A stretch of DNA of 31,704 bases, taken from NCBI GenBank assembly GCA_050049995.1, contig JASFVE010000012.1, positions 1-31,704 of the forward strand, written 5' to 3'. The stretch comes from Chlamydiota bacterium. Lineage in GTDB: Bacteria > Chlamydiota > Chlamydiia > Chlamydiales > SM23-39. The translations under genes were made by a program, and so were the position numbers. Below the pieces are notes generated by a model. It made no database searches. It was not told where the DNA came from and saw nothing but the letters and a program-made list of their open reading frames with translations. The first letter of the stretch is position 1. Each line of letters opens with the position of its first letter. Shown here in pieces: positions 27,936 to 31,704 of this stretch.

Positions 27936-29057
27936 TCAAATCACATCCTTTCTTTGAAGTATGGCACCAAAAAAACCATCCATTTGCCCAGAAAGGGGAA
28001 TAGTTTTAAAAATGGATCCAACAAGCTTTAGATTAAAATTTTTTATAAAATAATCAATTTGTGCTTCATTTTCTTCAGGTAGAATGCTGCATGTAGCATA
28101 TACGAGTCGTCCATTTTTCTTGAGGTGTTTTAAGGCTTTTTCCACAATTGATCGTTGTTGTTCTACTAGAGAATTTAACATTTCCTGACTATATTTCCAC
28201 TTCATGTCAGGGTTCCTTCGTAAAGTTCCAGTCCCAGAACAGGGGACATCTGTTAAGATCCAATCCATTAGCCCAGTGATCTGCGATATTTTAGTTAAAA
28301 ACTGAACATTTTGAATGCCAGATTTTTTTAGTCTTTTTCGAGCTTGTAAAAGAGCAACCTCGCGGATGTCATGCAAATAAATTATTCCTTTGTTGTGCAT
28401 TTTTGGACCAAACCCTAAAGTTTTCCCTCCGGATCCTGCACAATAATCTAGTACTTTATCTCCAGGCTTAACATCCATTAATGAGCAGATTAACTGACTT
28501 GCCTCATCTTGAATTTCAAAGTGACCTTTTTTATAACTTTCTAACCCTAATAAGTTTATTTTAGACTTAAGGCTAATGCCAAAATCAGAGTGCAGGCAGG
28601 CAGAGACTGAGCTTAAATTTTGAAGCTCTTTTAATGTTTCTTGCCTCGATGTCTTTAGGGGATTTATTCTAATGGTAGTTGGGGCAACTTCATTTGACAC
28701 TGCACAAATTTGAAAAGCCTTGTCAGCGCCATAGCACTTGACCAGCTTGTCATAAATAAACTTAGGGAAACTAACCTTGATATGTTCTGGGGTATCCCTT
28801 GGGATGTCGTTTGCGGAAATTCTTTCTAAGGCAACTAGTCTTTTTTCCCAAGTAATAGGCTTTTCACAAAGAAAATCTACTAAGGCTCTCAAACGTACTA
28901 ATGTATAGATGGTGTTTGCAATTTCTTTTCTATCTTTAGAGCCTATTTGTTTGTAAGTTCTAAACTTTTTCCTTAAAAACAAATCTAAAGGCTTCGAATC
29001 TTCGTCAAGTTCAGATAAAAACTGTAAAATAAATTTTTGTCTAAAAGCCGATTTCAT
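27936..29057 (-). CDS. rsmB: RsmB/NOP-family RNA m5C methyltransferase
   Basis: QDEASQ, LDYCAGSGGKT, DVPCSGTG and YATCS (both catalytic Cys present). The start could be 29057 or 29093. Confidence 0.85.
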   Translation of the reverse strand: MKSAFRQKFILQFLSELDEDSKPLDLFLRKKFRTYKQIGSKDRKEIANTIYTLVRLRALVDFLCEKPITWEKRLVALERISANDIPRDTPEHIKVSFPKFIYDKLVKCYGADKAFQICAVSNEVAPTTIRINPLKTSRQETLKELQNLSSVSACLHSDFGISLKSKINLLGLESYKKGHFEIQDEASQLICSLMDVKPGDKVLDYCAGSGGKTLGFGPKMHNKGIIYLHDIREVALLQARKRLKKSGIQNVQFLTKISQITGLMDWILTDVPCSGTGTLRRNPDMKWKYSQEMLNSLVEQQRSIVEKALKHLKKNGRLVYATCSILPEENEAQIDYFIKNFNLKLVGSIFKTIPLSGQMDGFFGAILQRKDVI

Positions 29058-29140
29058 ATAATTTTTTATTACTTTTGCGTATAAAGGTAACATAAAATTA
29101 GCTAAATTAATAGATCTTATATTAGATAAAGCATGAGGAG

Positions 29141-29626
29141 ATGATTATGCGTTCCATGAAAGTAGTCTCACTTTTTTTTGCGAGGGTTTTTTTAAGTTCA
29201 ATTTTTATTATCTCAGCATTAAAAAAGGTTTTTAACTGGTATGACACGGAAAATACTTTAATAAGTATATTTGTAGAGTGGCATTCCTATGTAAATAAAG
29301 AATTTTTGAAGGACTTTTTTACTAGTATGCTTCCTTGGGCTCCTTTAGTGTTGGTTTTAGCGACTATATTAGAGTTATTTGGGGGCTTGTTAATCTTATT
29401 TGGAATTAAGGCCAGATTTGGAGCAGTTCTATTGATTTTATTTCTCATTCCAACGACGATTGTAATGCACCATTTTTGGTTTTTAGAAAATCCAACAAAA
29501 CAAATAGAACTGGCTATGTTTATGAAAAATTTAGCGATTATAGGAGGACTTTTATTTGTTAGTGTTTTTGGGGCAAAATTGAGCTCTCCTATTTCTCAAT
29601 TTAAAAGACCTAGTTTTGATGATTAA
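29141..29626 (+). CDS. DoxX family membrane protein
   Basis: ARVFLS, ELFGGLLILFG..ARFGA, HHFW and FMKNLAIIGGLL. SD GAGGAG immediately upstream. Confidence 0.88.
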   Translation: MIMRSMKVVSLFFARVFLSSIFIISALKKVFNWYDTENTLISIFVEWHSYVNKEFLKDFFTSMLPWAPLVLVLATILELFGGLLILFGIKARFGAVLLILFLIPTTIVMHHFWFLENPTKQIELAMFMKNLAIIGGLLFVSVFGAKLSSPISQFKRPSFDD

Positions 29627-31241
29627 ATTATTTGGGCTGTTTCTTGTTAGTTTGTTAATTGTAGCTTTTGGTCAGCCTGCTTGGATTCCAATATTAGGTT
29701 ATTTGTCTTCTTGTGTTGGCTTTGCCCTTTTTTGGCTTTTTTTAGAAAAGATGCCTCGTAAAGCAGGTAAGTGGTTTTTTGCTACGTTATGGTTTTGCTT
29801 AGTTCAGTCAGTCCAACTTTCTTGGATGACAGCAACAAAGTATCAGGGAAACTATATTCTTTTAGTATATTTGTTTGTAATTGTTGCCATGGGAGTGCAG
29901 TTTGGCTTGCTCTCACTGATGCTCTTTTTGAAAAAAAAGCCTTCTGTTTTGCATTGCTTGGCAATCGCTTCATTATGGGTTTTAATGGAATGGTCACGTG
30001 TTTTTTTTATTAGTGGCTTTACGTGGAACCCTGTTGGACTTTCCTATACTAATAATACAGCTTCCTTACAAATTGCCTCGCTATTCGGTGTATATGGACT
30101 ATCATTTTGGGTTATTTTTACAAATACAATGGTATTAAGATCTTGGAAGTTAAATAAAAACTACTTTGCAGTTAGTTTAATTATCACATTGCCGTACTTT
30201 TATGGGGTTTGTCATAAAATGGTTTTAGAAAAAACTTTAAAACCAAAGCAAATGACAGTAGCGCTAGTTCAGACATCTATAATGCCTGAGCAGAAGCAAT
30301 CTTATTCGTCAGCATTTTCCCCAATTTATCAATGGCATCGAATTATGCTATTTCTTAAAAACGAAATTAAAAAAGATACTCACCTTGTTGTTCTTCCTGA
30401 AGCAGCTCTTCCTTATGGATCATCTAGGTGTGTCTATCCTGTAGAAAAAGTAAAAGACATATTTTCAGATGTTTTTGGCGTAAAAAGTTTTAACTTTTTC
30501 CCCAAGTTAAATCAACCATTAGCTAGAAAAGCTGCTAATAATGATTGGTATGTTTCTAATAGCTTCATAGCGCAAGCCCTTGCTAATTATTATAGCTGTG
30601 AAGTTGTTGTGGGCTTAGATGATTTAGATCCTTTGACAGGAGACTTTTTCAATGCGGGGTTTTGTTTTCAAAAGGGGAAAAGCTCTGAAAAATATTTTAA
30701 AAGGGTGTTAGTTCCCTTAGGAGAGTACATTCCTTTTGAGTGGTGCACGTCTCTTGCTGAAAAATTTGGAGTATATGATTCATTTCAAGCAGGGACAGAG
30801 GCAAAAGTCATGTCCACAAAAATTCCTTTAGCTATTTCTATTTGTTATGAAGAAACCTATAGTGAAATAGTTAGGCAATCAAGGAAATTAGGTGCGGAAT
30901 TATTTGTAAATATCAGTAACGATGTGTGGTTCCCAGATTCAAAATTGCCTTGGCAGCATTTTTTTCATGGCAGAGTAAGAGCTGTAGAAAATGGGGTTCC
31001 ACTTCTAAGGTGTTGTAATACAGGCATCACAGGTGGAATTGATTGCTTTGGGAAAATAGTAAAAATTTTAGGGTCAAAGGATGGATCTTCAGAAAAAATT
31101 GCAGGAGCTCTCTCTTTAGATTTACCTTTAAAAAGCTATAGAACACTTTATTCTTCAGTAGGAGATGGTTCAATTATTGGAACGTCTTGCCTTATTCTTT
31201 TAATTTTTTTAAGGTTGCATAATAAGAATAGAGCTTGCTGA
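29616..31241 (+). CDS. lnt: Apolipoprotein N-acyltransferase
   Basis: Multi-TM N-terminus with EWSR..GFTW; nitrilase triad VLPE, KRVLVPLGEYIP, ICYE; RAVENG. Confidence 0.96.
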   Translation: MMIKLFGLFLVSLLIVAFGQPAWIPILGYLSSCVGFALFWLFLEKMPRKAGKWFFATLWFCLVQSVQLSWMTATKYQGNYILLVYLFVIVAMGVQFGLLSLMLFLKKKPSVLHCLAIASLWVLMEWSRVFFISGFTWNPVGLSYTNNTASLQIASLFGVYGLSFWVIFTNTMVLRSWKLNKNYFAVSLIITLPYFYGVCHKMVLEKTLKPKQMTVALVQTSIMPEQKQSYSSAFSPIYQWHRIMLFLKNEIKKDTHLVVLPEAALPYGSSRCVYPVEKVKDIFSDVFGVKSFNFFPKLNQPLARKAANNDWYVSNSFIAQALANYYSCEVVVGLDDLDPLTGDFFNAGFCFQKGKSSEKYFKRVLVPLGEYIPFEWCTSLAEKFGVYDSFQAGTEAKVMSTKIPLAISICYEETYSEIVRQSRKLGAELFVNISNDVWFPDSKLPWQHFFHGRVRAVENGVPLLRCCNTGITGGIDCFGKIVKILGSKDGSSEKIAGALSLDLPLKSYRTLYSSVGDGSIIGTSCLILLIFLRLHNKNRAC

Positions 31242-31328
31242 AAAAAAAGAGACTAAGCTACCTTTTTGAAGATTTCCTCAACCAGGGGGGTTATTTGATT
31301 ACCATTTTTTTCAATCGAGGTTTTCTTT

Positions 31329-31704
31329 GTGATTGTAGCCAGTAGAAAAGACACAATTCAAAAGACTTTAAAAAGAACTATTTCACTTTCAGGAAGAGGA
31401 CTTTTTACCGGTTCTAATGTTACCCTAACTTTGCGTCCAAATTTTGAAAAAAATGGCATTATTTTTAAAAGGGTTGATTTGCCTGGATCTCCTATAATTC
31501 CAGCTAAGCTTGACTATGTAAAAGAAACCCCTAGATGCACAATTTTAGGAAATAAGCAAGCAAGTGTTCAAACCGTTGAGCATCTGCTTAGTGCACTGTC
31601 GGCCATGCAAGTAGATCATCTTATCATTGAAATTGATGGGCCTGAGCTACCAGCATGCGACGGAAGTTCCTTGCCGTTTATCAAAATTATCGAAGATGCC
31701 GAAA
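31329..31704 (+). CDS. lpxC: UDP-3-O-acyl-N-acetylglucosamine deacetylase, 3'-truncated by the window (absent from the ORF track)
   Basis: Translated by hand from GTG 31329: MIVASRKDTIQKTLKRTISLSGRGLFTG...GIIFKRVDL...VQTVEHLLSAL...DGPELPACDGSS. SD GAGG at 31317-31320. Confidence 0.95.
   Translation, partial: MIVASRKDTIQKTLKRTISLSGRGLFTGSNVTLTLRPNFEKNGIIFKRVDLPGSPIIPAKLDYVKETPRCTILGNKQASVQTVEHLLSALSAMQVDHLIIEIDGPELPACDGSSLPFIKIIEDAE

Noticed and set aside
25372..30013. Short ORFs 25372-25554, 26131-26361, 27072-27302, 29771-30013 and 29782-29997
   Set aside because: Shadows of dacC, rsmA, the SurA-like gene and lnt.
1..31704. CRISPR arrays, tRNA/rRNA, IS elements, prophage or defence systems
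   Set aside because: I saw no regularly spaced repeats, tRNA cloverleaf signatures, transposase, integrase or defence-type domains. Intergenic gaps are short and mostly explained by promoters.

Overview
AT-rich, gene-dense core chromosome segment of a member of the Chlamydiota, most likely an environmental lineage rather than Chlamydiaceae. This assignment is inferred from the ~1500-aa fused SecDF, a UhpC hexose-phosphate transporter, an RsbW, purA, and gene order. The order trxA-trmL-mip-aspS-hisS-uhpC-dnaE-bamD-lptE-rsbW-hyp-dacC and recJ-secDF-uppS-cdsA-cmk-plsC matches what I recall for chlamydiae. The window holds 23 complete CDSs plus two cut by the window edges (a kinase-like ORF on the left, lpxC on the right). 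They are mostly housekeeping and envelope-biogenesis genes. I found no tRNA, rRNA, CRISPR array, transposase, phage gene or intein. I do not see a clear new multi-gene system. The most notable items are: (1) a divergent kinase-fold ORF with a WNK-like lysine placement; (2) a highly structured ~160-nt leader upstream of trxA containing hammerhead-like core motifs; (3) a Cmk-PlsC fusion with an A10 tract at the domain junction that gives an immediate stop if lengthened by one base; (4) a SurA-like gene coupled to ksgA; (5) an LpxC with Phe at the conserved His19 position.
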